64,000 nucleotides of DNA from an uncultured Planctomycetota bacterium (GTDB lineage Bacteria; Planctomycetota; Planctomycetia; Isosphaerales; Isosphaeraceae): positions 672,001-736,000 of the forward strand of contig CAWGMQ010000006.1 of NCBI GenBank assembly GCA_963823665.1. The letters run 5' to 3'. Both the position numbers and the translations under genes were made by a program. The notes under the pieces were generated by a model. That model saw nothing but the letters and a program-made list of their open reading frames with translations, did no database searches and was not told the origin of the DNA. How positions within the stretch are numbered: the stretch's first letter is position 1; every line of letters starts with the position of its first letter. Shown here piece by piece: positions 40,602 through 56,840 of the stretch.

Positions 40602-43061
40602 TCAGTGGTTGAATCGGAACTCGATGGAATTGAGCAGGGCCCAGACGAGCTCTTGCACGACTGCCGCTTTTTCCTTGGGTTTGGCAGTGAGCATGCAGAT
40701 GACGTCAGCCGATTCGTCCGAAAGCGGTGGGCGAGAGAGGATCGCCATGTACAGGTCTTCTGCTGCCTTGCAGGGATCCTTTTCCTGGATCATTCGCTCG
40801 GAGACATTACCGCCCGCGGCGGCGATCCAGCTATTAATTGACCCACCGTTCGCGGCAAAGAGGGCCTGGTCGGCGGTTGCGAAGAAGTCATTCTGGGGCT
40901 GGCCGGGTGCGGCGGCGTAGATTGAAACAAACGGCGGCACCGAGGCTTTCAGCTTTTCGTACGTGCGGCGCTCGAGTTCAATCACCCGCGTGATCTTGTG
41001 GAGCGGGTCGAATGCTTCCGTGACCAAGGGCGGCTGATTCTTGTTGAGCTCGGTCTCCTCGGCTTTCCAGTATCGATCGTAGACGCCCGTGACTTTAAGG
41101 ACACTGAAGCAGATCTGCTCGGGCGTGAGCGGTTTGAGCTGGGCCTGCGCGAACTGGCTGGCCCGCAGGTCGCTCAGCTCGGCGGCAGCCAGGGCGAGTT
41201 CGGCGCAGTGCTTCCTGGCGGCAGAGAGTGCGATTCCGAAGGCGACGGACGCTCGGCCGCTGTCGGTTACCTGCTGCTGTAGCTTCTGGCAGCGAGCGAA
41301 CGCTTCGAGAAGCGTCTGGCGCTTGAGCTGAAGCTCGGCGACAGCACGGGCGTCGGCCATTTTCCGTCGGGCTAGAAGGGCGATCTTCTCTTTCTGGCGG
41401 ACCACCTCGCGGATCGGTGCAACCTTGCCTCGAGCCGCCAGAACGGCCTGGGCGGCCGCGGTGACGTCGTCGCCGGCTTTCTTGAGGGCGGCTGTTCTCT
41501 CGGCGATCGTTTTTTCCAGTGCCACAAGCTCGGACGACGCAGCCGCCCCGCGCTTTGTGAAAATGGCGGCGGCAGCGAGGAGCTCTTTGTCTGTCGGCAG
41601 TTTCTTCGCGACTTCTTGCCCACGCGCAGCGGCCTCGGCCAGAATTCTGGCTGTTTCTTCTTTGGTCTTCCGTTGCGTCTGGGCATCGGAGAGTGCCTTC
41701 TGAGTTGCCTCCTTCTGCTTTTCCGCTTCCCCGTGCTGCGCTCTTGCCTTGTCTTGCTCGGCCAGAAGCGGGATGAGTGCCTCTTCGTTCCGGTACCAGG
41801 CTTTGACGGCAGCCAAGTACTCTTTTCGTGCGGCTTCGGCAGACGCCTCGAGCGGTTCGGCTCGAGCCTTCACGTCTGCGAGCTGGGCTTCGAGTTTGGG
41901 AGGAAACGCAGCGTCGCCAGCGGGTAAGTCGATTGCCTGCTGGTAGACCTTCGTGAGGGCAATCTCACGCAGGAAGGTCCGGACGTTGAATCTGGTGGCG
42001 ACAAGCTCGTCTGCCAGCAGGTTCAAAAGCTCGGGGTGGCTCGGCGGGTTGGACGGATGATGGAGGTCGACCGGATGGACGAGCCCGCGACCCATCATCG
42101 CGGCCCAGAGGCGGTTGGCGATGTTCTGGTTGAACGCGCGGTTGCCGCCGCCAGTCGCCAACGATGCGAGCTTCACGCGCCGGCTGAATTTCGGCACCGC
42201 AATCACGCCTTCGGCCGGTTTCACCTGGTACTCTTCGCCGGGAGGAGTTGCCGATTCGGGCAGCTCGGGTTCGCCGGGAACTCGTGGGCCCGTCACGTGT
42301 TTATCGTTTTTGACGAACACCGAGTCGAACGTGAGGTCGGTCCCGGCCTTCTCGGCATGGAACGTGACCACCTTCTGGCCTTCCTTCCGGGTCACCGCGT
42401 AGCCAGAGCTGATGAATGCGAGCAGGCCATAGTAGTCGGACTGCTCATAGTCTTTCACCAAGGGATGGTTGTGGCATTGAGCGCATTGCATGTCGCGACC
42501 GAAGAAGATTCTGCCAACGTCGCGCGTGATCAGGTTGGGTTCGGAGCCGCGATCGAGGAAGAACCTGGCGGCGGCCCGCAGCTTGGGGTCGGCACCATTT
42601 GCGCTCAAAAGCTCGCTCATCACTTGATTGATGGGCCGATTCGACTGCACCGCCCGGAGCAGGTAGGCCTGCCACTCAAGGTCGGCAACGTTGACGTTCG
42701 GGCGGCGCTCCATGAGCATGACGTCGAGCGTGGTTGCCCAGTGGCGGGCGAAGTGTGGGCTCGATAGCAACCTGTCGATCTTTCGCGCCCGCTTGTCCGC
42801 CGTCTTGTCGGCGAGAAACTCGCGTAGCTCAAGAACGGCCGGAGGCATTCCCGCCAGGTCCAGTGAAACGCGGCGCAGGAACTCCGCGTCGCCGGCTTGT
42901 GGCGCGGGTGGGCCGATCCTGGCCGCCTCGATGGCCCGGTCGATCCGGCAATGAAGGGGCTCGCTGCCGGCCTCACTTGCTACCGCTGATCGAGCCAGAA
43001 GCGCGACCACCAACAGCGGCCCGTAGACGCGCAGTCCCTGCGGCATGCAGTTGTCTTTCAT
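40602..43061 (-). CDS. DUF1549/DUF1553 protein with a long coiled-coil insertion
   Basis: DAEFLRRVSLDLAG, CAQCHNHP, PSHPELL, an Ala/Lys/Glu-rich helical insert and LVWALLNSIEFRFNH. Start at ATG 43061; the ORF's upstream extension is antisense to the protease. Confidence 0.9.
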   Translation of the reverse strand: MKDNCMPQGLRVYGPLLVVALLARSAVASEAGSEPLHCRIDRAIEAARIGPPAPQAGDAEFLRRVSLDLAGMPPAVLELREFLADKTADKRARKIDRLLSSPHFARHWATTLDVMLMERRPNVNVADLEWQAYLLRAVQSNRPINQVMSELLSANGADPKLRAAARFFLDRGSEPNLITRDVGRIFFGRDMQCAQCHNHPLVKDYEQSDYYGLLAFISSGYAVTRKEGQKVVTFHAEKAGTDLTFDSVFVKNDKHVTGPRVPGEPELPESATPPGEEYQVKPAEGVIAVPKFSRRVKLASLATGGGNRAFNQNIANRLWAAMMGRGLVHPVDLHHPSNPPSHPELLNLLADELVATRFNVRTFLREIALTKVYQQAIDLPAGDAAFPPKLEAQLADVKARAEPLEASAEAARKEYLAAVKAWYRNEEALIPLLAEQDKARAQHGEAEKQKEATQKALSDAQTQRKTKEETARILAEAAARGQEVAKKLPTDKELLAAAAIFTKRGAAASSELVALEKTIAERTAALKKAGDDVTAAAQAVLAARGKVAPIREVVRQKEKIALLARRKMADARAVAELQLKRQTLLEAFARCQKLQQQVTDSGRASVAFGIALSAARKHCAELALAAAELSDLRASQFAQAQLKPLTPEQICFSVLKVTGVYDRYWKAEETELNKNQPPLVTEAFDPLHKITRVIELERRTYEKLKASVPPFVSIYAAAPGQPQNDFFATADQALFAANGGSINSWIAAAGGNVSERMIQEKDPCKAAEDLYMAILSRPPLSDESADVICMLTAKPKEKAAVVQELVWALLNSIEFRFNH

Positions 43062-43304
43062 GGGTGAGCCTCGAGCGATGTTCAGAGGCGGGGTGGGCAA
43101 GATGCAGCCATCGCTTGACCGGGGGTGGGCATTCCGGCGGGGTCGGACATTCCGTGTATTAAACATCGGTATAACAAAAAACAAACACCGAGTAAACCCC
43201 TGAGTCTGGTGTTCGCCTGGGGCGAAGTGAGCGACCGATGTGGAATTGCCTGTATAATGCAACGGCCGATCGAAATACTGAAGATCTACGGAGGAGGTCG
43301 TGTG

Positions 43305-44462
43305 ATGAGCGGGTCCTGGCGAATCGGCCGAATTGCGGGCATCGACGTGTTCGTCCACCCGACGTTCTTGCTCCTCCTTGTTTGGGTGATCGTGACGAAC
43401 TACGTCGCGCACAACGATCCGATGGAGGCCTTCGGCGGTCTGTTCTTCATCCTGACCCTCTTTGGAATTGTGGTGTTGCACGAGCTTGGGCATGCGTTGA
43501 CGGCTCGACGATTTGGCATCCGCACCCGCGACATCACGCTGTTGCCGATTGGCGGGGTAGCGCGCCTGGAGAGGATTCCGGAAGTCCCATGGCAAGAGCT
43601 GGTCGTGGCCCTCGCGGGACCGGCGGTGAATGCTGTGCTTGCGGGTGCGATTTACCTCGCTTTGCTTCCTGGGGGCGGCCTGACTTCCGCGAGTGAGGCA
43701 ATGGCCGGCGGCAGCGGCTTCATGCAGCAGTTTTTCTGGGTGAACGTGACGCTCGTGGTTTTCAACCTGCTCCCGGCGTTCCCGATGGACGGCGGGCGGG
43801 TATTGCGGGCTCTCCTGGCCATGCAATTTGACTACGTACGCGCCACCCAGATGGCCGCCGTGATCGGACAGGGCGTGGCGATCTTGTTCGGGTTCCTCGG
43901 GCTGCGCTACAACGTGTTCCTGGTTTTCATCGCGATCTTCGTGTGGGTAGCCGGTGCGCAGGAAGCCGGCCTGGTGCAATTGCGGTCGGCGCTCGGTGGC
44001 ATCCCGGTGATGAGGGTCATGATCAAAGACTTCGCGTCGTTGCGCCCAGACGCTCCGCTCTCGGAAGCGGTTGCTCACGTTTTGTCCGGATTCCAGCAAG
44101 ATTTCCCGGTCGTCGAGGACGGACAACTGGTGGGAGTGCTCACGCGCAACGAGCTTGCAGCCGCACTCGGTCGCCACGGCCCGGATACTCCGGTCGGGGA
44201 GGTGATGCATCGGCAGTTCACAACCACGGACCCGCACGAAACGCTGCAATCGGCCTTTGCGAGGCTTCAGGAAGGCCACAGCCGCAGCCTTCCGGTGGTT
44301 CGAGATGGAAAACTCCTGGGAATGCTCACGGCTGATAACCTCGCCGAGGTGTTGCTCATTCAGGATGCCCTTCGCCAGGGACATCGACGGCCGATGTTCG
44401 ACGGCGAGCGATCATCTCCAGGGGTTGTCGCGCCACACGGCGAAAAGATCGCGGAGACTTGA
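43305..44462 (+). CDS. site-2 protease (M50) with tandem CBS domains
   Basis: HELGH, NLLPAFPMDGGR and two CBS repeats; GAGGAGG RBS. Confidence 0.95.
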   Translation: MSGSWRIGRIAGIDVFVHPTFLLLLVWVIVTNYVAHNDPMEAFGGLFFILTLFGIVVLHELGHALTARRFGIRTRDITLLPIGGVARLERIPEVPWQELVVALAGPAVNAVLAGAIYLALLPGGGLTSASEAMAGGSGFMQQFFWVNVTLVVFNLLPAFPMDGGRVLRALLAMQFDYVRATQMAAVIGQGVAILFGFLGLRYNVFLVFIAIFVWVAGAQEAGLVQLRSALGGIPVMRVMIKDFASLRPDAPLSEAVAHVLSGFQQDFPVVEDGQLVGVLTRNELAAALGRHGPDTPVGEVMHRQFTTTDPHETLQSAFARLQEGHSRSLPVVRDGKLLGMLTADNLAEVLLIQDALRQGHRRPMFDGERSSPGVVAPHGEKIAET

Positions 44463-44477
44463 ATCCGAGGTGTTCCA

Positions 44478-45143
44478 ATGCTCTTTCGCTTTCGAGGTGA
44501 ATGCCTGGCTTGCGGTCATGAGTGGGATGGCCTGCGGCGTAAGGTTGAATGTGGCCGCGTGGATTTCCAGCGGCCCGAAAATCATCAGTGCTTCTCGTGT
44601 CTGAAATGCGTGTTTGAGCTTTATTTTCCGCGGGTTCTGAGCCGAAATTCCTGGCTGCGATGGGTTGCGCACAACGTCTCCGAGATGACGCGGGCGCCGC
44701 TGCAGTTGAGTGCCTGCGAGCTTGGCGTCACGATTGACGTGCAGACGCTCGAGGTGATCGCGCGCTCCGAGATTCTGTTGCGTGCATGTGAGCACGTTTC
44801 GCGCAGTCTGGCCGGGGCGGGCTCGCGGTACGAACCGGCGGCGATCGACATCGGGCCAATGAATTGTCCGCACTGTAGCGATGTGCTTTTCACAGGTGAA
44901 CTGAATGGCGAGCTGTTAGTGTGTCCGGTGTGCGAAGACCGGCGTGCGACCTGGAGCAGTGAATCTCAGCCGGCGATCGTCCGAGTCGATTACTTTCCGC
45001 TCGATGCCAACGACGTGCGAAGTGTGGTCCGACACCTTGGAGAGCTGGCCGAACCTCCCAGGAGGCATCTTTCAAAGGCAGTGCCCGCATTGCCAGCCGC
45101 CACCGTGCTCGCCTCGGTGTGGGACCGAGAGTTGGACGGCTGA
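44478..45143 (+). CDS. hypothetical Cys-rich (zinc ribbon) protein
   Basis: GAGGTG RBS; CLAC, CLKC, CPHC and CPVC. Confidence 0.75.
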   Translation: MLFRFRGECLACGHEWDGLRRKVECGRVDFQRPENHQCFSCLKCVFELYFPRVLSRNSWLRWVAHNVSEMTRAPLQLSACELGVTIDVQTLEVIARSEILLRACEHVSRSLAGAGSRYEPAAIDIGPMNCPHCSDVLFTGELNGELLVCPVCEDRRATWSSESQPAIVRVDYFPLDANDVRSVVRHLGELAEPPRRHLSKAVPALPAATVLASVWDRELDG

Positions 45144-45173
45144 TCCTGGACGGATGAGTGTGGTCCCCCGAAG

Positions 45174-45563
45174 TCAAGAGCGGCTTTGTGGCTCCGTGTT
45201 CCGTTCGGCAGCTTCCCTCGCTGCCCGGCGGCGCTCGGCCTTGGCGTCTTCGAGCTTGAGCCAGCGTTCGATACCGTCGACCACCGGCGGCAAGCTCGAG
45301 AACGCATTGATGAATCCAAGCAGGATGATGCCGTGACCGATACGCACTCGAAGGTGGGAAACGTCTTCTTTGAACGTGTCATAGGCCTCGATGAACCCAC
45401 TGACGATGAGGATGATCGCCACCACGAGCCTGGTTATGGGGTGATCCACGAAGGCTCTCATGGCGTGGAGGAACGGCCACCGTGCTTTCGGCTCGTCGAT
45501 CGAGCCTGGCGCAGCAGGAGGTGATTCGGTGCTGTCCGGCACTTCGCGACTTGGCGCAGCCAT
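45174..45563 (-). CDS. small two-TM membrane protein
   Basis: GAGGGG RBS before ATG 45563; HPITRLVVAIILIVSG...IGHGIILLGFINAF. Confidence 0.7.
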   Translation of the reverse strand: MAAPSREVPDSTESPPAAPGSIDEPKARWPFLHAMRAFVDHPITRLVVAIILIVSGFIEAYDTFKEDVSHLRVRIGHGIILLGFINAFSSLPPVVDGIERWLKLEDAKAERRRAAREAAERNTEPQSRS

Positions 45564-45766
45564 CGTCCCCTCAGATGTCCGCGGCTCGGCGGATTGACGG
45601 TATATTCGATCGATTTTGAGGCGAGGTCGAGGGGAATTATCGCGCAGATGACGGAGATCCGCAAGGAGCACAACTGGAAAGCACATGCGCACAGTGCTAG
45701 AAAGACGATTGGGCCACACGGAGCCCACGCTCGAACTGAGCAAGGTTCGCGAAAACGGCGGCAAGG

Positions 45767-46006
45767 TCACGTGAGGGGCGACGAAGCCGGCACAAAACGG
45801 CGGTCGATCACGATCCAGCGACCACCGAGATCGGCGCCGCGGACGTTCAGTCGCCAAACGGCGAGACCGGCCGGGTCGCTGCCCAGCCGCGACGCGGTTC
45901 CCACAGGTGAGCTTTCGTCGAAATCCTCCAGAACGCTGATGCGGCGCATCGAATCTTCGAACATCAACAGACCCACACTCGGGCCGACATCGGCGCAATA
46001 CCACAT
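45767..46006 (-). CDS. small hypothetical protein
   Basis: GGAG RBS before ATG 46006; MWYCADVGPS...AVWRLNVRGADLGGRWIVIDRRF. Confidence 0.55.
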   Translation of the reverse strand: MWYCADVGPSVGLLMFEDSMRRISVLEDFDESSPVGTASRLGSDPAGLAVWRLNVRGADLGGRWIVIDRRFVPASSPLT

Positions 46007-46443
46007 CGCGTCGCTCCAACTCGTCGAGAGAGGGCTTCGTCCGAACAGCGCGAGGATGTCCACAACAAACGATCGCCGGTGCGATGCGGCGCCGGGAATA
46101 TGGTTCCTCGCTTGAATCGGACAAACCGCGTGTATCCTCAATCCACTCTATGTCATAAATCGAGATCCCGTGGACAGATCCCGACGACGGTCCCGTGAAA
46201 TCGCTACATCCGTCTGATACGAAGGTAGCGGCCAGCGTCCGGGATGAAGCACACGACGCCGACGATTCCGAGGATAAGCAAGTTGACGACTCCCAGGCAG
46301 ATTCCGGCGAGTTTTTCCAACATCGGGGTACCTTCCTTTCATACAGGCCAACAGCATTGGAACTGTCGAGCAAAGCACATGCCAGTTCCAGTCTGCGCTT
46401 GCCGAAACCCGTCACACGCACGCAGGCGCTTAGCTTGCACATG

Positions 46444-48768
46444 TCAGCTCGTCCCCGGGAAGCCAGACACCAGTTCGACGCCCTCGCTCCGCTGCCACGC
46501 GGCTGCAACGGCAAGCTGACCCAAGCTGATGCCGCCGTCGTTCGGGGGCACTCGTCGGTGGCGATAGACGCGGAATCCGTCGGCCTCGAGTCGTGGGAGA
46601 ACCTCGGTCGCCAGCAGAGCGTTCATGAACACGCCGCCGGAGAGCACCACCACCTCCAAGCCTGAGACCTCTCGCAGCCTGGCGCAAACCCGCGCGATCA
46701 ACTCGACCATCGTTGAATGGAATCGACGCCCGATGACGCCGGGGGAGACGCCGTTGCGCGCATCCCGCCAGACGTCATCGATCAGGCCCGACATGTCTAG
46801 CACGATTGGACATATACGGCTGGAAGCATTGATCGCTTCCGTCATCTCGAAAGGATAGGAGCCGTCGGGGGCGACCTGGGATGCCAGCCATTCCAGCTCG
46901 ATTGCCGCTTGACCCTCGTACGAGACACTGTGCCTGACTCCCGCAAGAGCCGCGACGGCGTCGAAAAGTCGTCCCGCGCTGGTTGTGATTGGCGCGTGCA
47001 CCCTCCGATCGAGCATCTGACGCACCGCCCGCAAACCCTGCGCCGGACCCAGCGTGGCCGCCGAGCTGCCATCCAGACCGGCGTCGTGAAGATAGGCGAC
47101 TGCCATCCGCCACGGCTCGCGCACCGCGGCCTCGCCACCTGGCATACGTATCGGCCGCAAGTGCGCAGCCCGGCGGAAGACGCGGTAGTCGCCAATCAAG
47201 AACTCTCCACCCCAGATCGTGCCGTCAGTGCCATAGCCCGTTCCATCGAACGTGACGCCAATCACCGGCTCGTCCAACATATTATCAGCCATACAACTCG
47301 TCATGTGCGCATGATGATGTTGAACGGCCAATGTCGGGCGGCCGGCGGCCTGGCTCTGAGCATAGAGTGTGGAACGGTAATCGGGATGCAAATCGTGGAC
47401 CAGGTAATCGGCGTGACAGTCGAACAATTGTTCATAATGAGCGATCGCCTGGGAATGTGAGCGCGCTGCCTCGTAGTAGTCGAGGTCCCCGATATGGTGG
47501 CTAAGGAAGGCGTTATGGTCGCGCGCCAGCGCGAACGTCGCCTTCATCTGGCCGCCGGTGGCGAGCGTGGGGAGTTTGCACGGCACGGGCATCCGGATCG
47601 GTTCGGGCGCGTGGCCTCGCGAGCGCCGCAGCGGTAGCTCGCCGCCGGCGACGATGCGAGTGACCGAATCGTCGCATCGGATGTGAATCGGCCGGTTGTG
47701 CGAGAGGAAGAAGTCCGCGACGGTGCCAAGCCGCGCGAGCGCGTCGCGGTCGTCGTAGGCGATCGGTTCATCGGATTGGTTTCCGCTGGTCATCACCAAG
47801 GGCGTGCCGGGAATTTCGTCGAGCAGCAGGTGGTGGAGTGGCGTGTAAGGCAGCATCACGCCGAGGAACGGGTTTCCGGGCGCGACCTCCTCCGCGATGT
47901 CGATGCCCGGTTTCCGGCGCAAGAGCACGATCGGCCGGCTTCTCGAGGTGAGCAATTCGGCTTCCTCCGGCGCGATCTCGCAGAGTGCGGCAGCGGCAGA
48001 AAGGTCGGCCACCATTACGCCAAACGGCTTCTCATTCCTGCGCTTTCGAGCGCGCAATTCGGCTACGGCGCGTCGATCGCGCGCCAAACAGGCAAGGTGA
48101 TAGCCGCCCAGGCCCTTGATCGCCGCGATTGATCCAGCTCGCAAAGCCTGGGCTGACTGCGCGATCGGGTCCGTGGCGGGAATCTCGCGTCCGGAGCACT
48201 CGAGGAGCTTCAGTCGTGGGCCGCAGTCCGGGCAGGCGGTGGGCTGGGCGTGAAAGCGACGGTTCTGAGGGTCCTCGTATTCGGCCCGGCACGATCTGCA
48301 CATGGCGAACGGCGCCATTGTCGTGCGCTCGCGGTCGTACGGCGATCCCGTGATGATTGTGAGGCGCGGCCCGCAATTGGTGCAGTTGAGAAATGGATAA
48401 CGGTAGCGGCGATCGCCGGGGTCGAACAGCTCGGCCAGGCAGTCGTCGCAGGTAGCGATATCGGGGGAGATGAAGATCGAAGCCGAATCGGCGAGGTCGC
48501 TTGGTTCGATCCGGAATGTCATATCGCCGCGCGGCGTTTGTGTGGACCAGTGCACGCGGTCGATCCGCGCCAGCGGCGGGGGGCGATTGCTGAGCGCAGA
48601 AAGGAACACGTCGAGGTCTCCCGAATCTCCTTCGACCTCGATCAAGACTGAGCCGGCGGAGTTCTTGACAAAGCCGTGGAGGTGTAGGTCCGACGCGAGC
48701 GCATACACGAACGGCCGGAACCCGACCCCTTGGACGATGCCACTGACGGTGATCGCCCGGCGGTCCAT
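46444..48768 (-). CDS. hypF: carbamoyltransferase HypF ([NiFe]-hydrogenase maturation)
   Basis: Acylphosphatase domain GIVQGVGFRPFV, zinc fingers CDDC..CTNCGPR and CRSC..CPDCGP, KGLGGYHL, QHHHAH and PNDGGISLGQ. Confidence 0.97.
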   Translation of the reverse strand: MDRRAITVSGIVQGVGFRPFVYALASDLHLHGFVKNSAGSVLIEVEGDSGDLDVFLSALSNRPPPLARIDRVHWSTQTPRGDMTFRIEPSDLADSASIFISPDIATCDDCLAELFDPGDRRYRYPFLNCTNCGPRLTIITGSPYDRERTTMAPFAMCRSCRAEYEDPQNRRFHAQPTACPDCGPRLKLLECSGREIPATDPIAQSAQALRAGSIAAIKGLGGYHLACLARDRRAVAELRARKRRNEKPFGVMVADLSAAAALCEIAPEEAELLTSRSRPIVLLRRKPGIDIAEEVAPGNPFLGVMLPYTPLHHLLLDEIPGTPLVMTSGNQSDEPIAYDDRDALARLGTVADFFLSHNRPIHIRCDDSVTRIVAGGELPLRRSRGHAPEPIRMPVPCKLPTLATGGQMKATFALARDHNAFLSHHIGDLDYYEAARSHSQAIAHYEQLFDCHADYLVHDLHPDYRSTLYAQSQAAGRPTLAVQHHHAHMTSCMADNMLDEPVIGVTFDGTGYGTDGTIWGGEFLIGDYRVFRRAAHLRPIRMPGGEAAVREPWRMAVAYLHDAGLDGSSAATLGPAQGLRAVRQMLDRRVHAPITTSAGRLFDAVAALAGVRHSVSYEGQAAIELEWLASQVAPDGSYPFEMTEAINASSRICPIVLDMSGLIDDVWRDARNGVSPGVIGRRFHSTMVELIARVCARLREVSGLEVVVLSGGVFMNALLATEVLPRLEADGFRVYRHRRVPPNDGGISLGQLAVAAAWQRSEGVELVSGFPGTS

Positions 48769-48877
48769 GCAGTCCGCTCCGCTCTCGCGGCAAATGGGGA
48801 AGGAATGGGCCCGAGAAGTGTCGGATTGACCCATATCCCGGAAAATACTCAGCACGCTTGTTGTCGAATGTAAGATA

Positions 48878-51037
48878 TCAGGCTGGCGAAAGGAGTGGCG
48901 AGGGGGATACGTACGCGCGGGGTTTGGCGGCTTTCGTCGCGAATAACTGGAGCAGGACAGCGCAGTCAACCGGCTTCGTCAGGTGATGATCGAAGCCGGC
49001 CTGGTATGCGCGAAGTTGATCTTCCTTCTGCCCGTAGCCGGTGACCGCGATGAGAGTTGGTTGCCGCGCCGCCGGGTCATTGCGAATGTGGCGGGCCACA
49101 TCGTAACCGTCCATGCCCGGCAGCCCGATGTCGAGCACGACGAATTCGGGCTGGAAGGCCGTTGCTTCCTCGAGCGCGCTGGGCCCATCAAGGGCGATCC
49201 TGACCTGGTGGCCGGCCAGGGCGAGCATCTTCATCAAGCTTTCGGCAACCCGGGGATAGTCGTCCACGATCAGGATTCGGCGCGCGTGGGAGGGTGCCGC
49301 ATCGTGCGCCTGCCGATTGGTTTTTGAATCCAGGGCGGTTGCTTGTTCGAGCGCCGGCAGCCGGATGACGAACTGGCTGCCGCGATTGGCGCCTTCGCTA
49401 CTGGCTTGCACGGTACCGCCGTGTAGCTCGACGAGCCTGCGCACAAGCGTCAGCCCGATGCCGAGGCCGCCTTGTGCACGGTCGAGAGAGTGGTCAACTT
49501 GAGTAAAAAGGTCGAAGATGGCCGAGAGTTTCTCGGCGGAAATACCAACGCCGTTATCGCGAACGCTGAAGACGGCGTCGGGCCCGGCGCGGACGAGTTC
49601 CACATCAATCTTTCCACCCGGCTCGGTATACTTGGCGGCGTTATTGAGCAGGTTGGCGAGCACCTGCGCCAGGCGCACCGGGTCGGCCTTGATCGGCAAC
49701 GGCTGATTGGGAACGGACAGCTTGAGCGTGTGCTTTCGGTCCTCGAGAAGCGGCCTGCTCGTTTCGACCGCCCGATCAACCACCGACCTGGAGTCGATCG
49801 TCTCAACTCGGAGCTGGATTTTCCCCCCGGTGATCCGCGAGATATCAAGGAGATCGTCGACCAGCCTGACCAGATGGTCGACCTGGCGTGCGATGACTTC
49901 GCTCGCCCAGTTCAGGTCTTCATTATCAATCTCGAGCATCTTGAGCAGCTCGGCGGCGCTCCGGATCGGTGCGAGCGGGTTTCGCAGCTCGTGCGCAAGC
50001 ATCGCCAGGAATTCATTCTTGCGACGGTCGTTCTCCTCGACGTGTCGGTAGAGCCTGGCGTTTTCGATCGCGACGGCCGCGCGCGCAGCAAGGTCTTCGA
50101 TCAATGAAACCTCGTCGGCCTCGAACGGTGGGGCGGGATGGCGCCGGGCGATTGCGAGCGCGCCAAAGGTGTGCCCACGAACTTGAAGCGGGACCGCGAG
50201 CCCGGCGCACGCACCAACCTCACCCAGCGCGTTCGAGATCTGCGTGGCTTCGGTGAGCGCGGAGATCTCGGCGACCTGCGGACAAGTTTCAGGCTTTCCG
50301 GTTTCAACGACGCGGCCGAGGATTGCGGAGAAGGGCTCAATGACCTGACCGGCGTCGAATGTGAGGTGACGTGTCCAGGCTCGGGATGGGTCGATCCAGG
50401 CGACCTCGGAGACAGGGTTTCCATAGCCCGGATCGATTGCCAGGGAAAGCAAGCAGAGATCGCCCAGGAACGGCACGGCCTGCCGGACGAGCCCTTGTGC
50501 GATGGCTTGCTGGTCGAGGGACCCTCCCAGCACGTTGCTGGCTTCGGCCAGGAACGCCAGGCGGCGGTTCGCAGCTTCGGCGGCGGCCCTGGCTGCTTCT
50601 GCGCGGGCAAGCGCCACGCGTTCTTCGGCCTGCCTGCTGACCTGGAGCGTTTTCTTGTAGAGGTCAACGAAGACGCCGACCTTCGTCCGCAAGATCTGGG
50701 GCACAACCGGCGAGAGGATGTAGTCAACGGCACCCAGCGAATAGCCCTGAGCGGTGTGCATCTCGTCGTTGAAGGCGGTGACGAAGATGATCGGTGTCTG
50801 CGCCGTCTGGCGGCGGCTGCGAATCATCGCCGCCGTCTCGAATCCATCCATGCCGGGCATGTTCACGTCGAGCAAAATGACGGCGAAGTCGCGCTCGAGT
50901 AGCAGGCGCAGGGCGTCGCGTCCCGACCGCGCAGCGACGACGTTCTGGCCCAGGCCCTCGAGGATCGTCTCGTACACCAGGAGTTTCTCGGGCAGGTCGT
51001 CCACCACCAGGATGTCGACCTTTTCGTCGTTGGCCAT
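48878..51037 (-). CDS. hybrid sensor kinase/response regulator (REC-GAF-HisKA-HATPase-REC), OsaB-like N-terminal receiver
   Basis: ILVVDD...LLDVNMPGMDG, GAF domain, LAHELRNPL, GLGIGL and a C-terminal REC. Confidence 0.95.
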   Translation of the reverse strand: MANDEKVDILVVDDLPEKLLVYETILEGLGQNVVAARSGRDALRLLLERDFAVILLDVNMPGMDGFETAAMIRSRRQTAQTPIIFVTAFNDEMHTAQGYSLGAVDYILSPVVPQILRTKVGVFVDLYKKTLQVSRQAEERVALARAEAARAAAEAANRRLAFLAEASNVLGGSLDQQAIAQGLVRQAVPFLGDLCLLSLAIDPGYGNPVSEVAWIDPSRAWTRHLTFDAGQVIEPFSAILGRVVETGKPETCPQVAEISALTEATQISNALGEVGACAGLAVPLQVRGHTFGALAIARRHPAPPFEADEVSLIEDLAARAAVAIENARLYRHVEENDRRKNEFLAMLAHELRNPLAPIRSAAELLKMLEIDNEDLNWASEVIARQVDHLVRLVDDLLDISRITGGKIQLRVETIDSRSVVDRAVETSRPLLEDRKHTLKLSVPNQPLPIKADPVRLAQVLANLLNNAAKYTEPGGKIDVELVRAGPDAVFSVRDNGVGISAEKLSAIFDLFTQVDHSLDRAQGGLGIGLTLVRRLVELHGGTVQASSEGANRGSQFVIRLPALEQATALDSKTNRQAHDAAPSHARRILIVDDYPRVAESLMKMLALAGHQVRIALDGPSALEEATAFQPEFVVLDIGLPGMDGYDVARHIRNDPAARQPTLIAVTGYGQKEDQLRAYQAGFDHHLTKPVDCAVLLQLFATKAAKPRAYVSPSPLLSPA

Positions 51038-51126
51038 GCGCGTTGACCGTTTGCCAGAGTTGAAGTCAGGTATGAGCACGTGACGTAATTCAAGTAACGG
51101 CAACCGAGATCGTGATTCTGTTGCAC

Positions 51127-56840
<5,714 letters not shown>

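Noticed and set aside
43062..44384. N-terminal 441 aa of the 1260-aa ORF
   Set aside because: Antisense to the site-2 protease; DUF1549 similarity and the signal peptide begin near 43061.
45564..46514. 446-aa ORF as one protein
   Set aside because: Only the last 129 aa have an RBS and protein-like composition; the rest overlaps another small gene and non-coding DNA.
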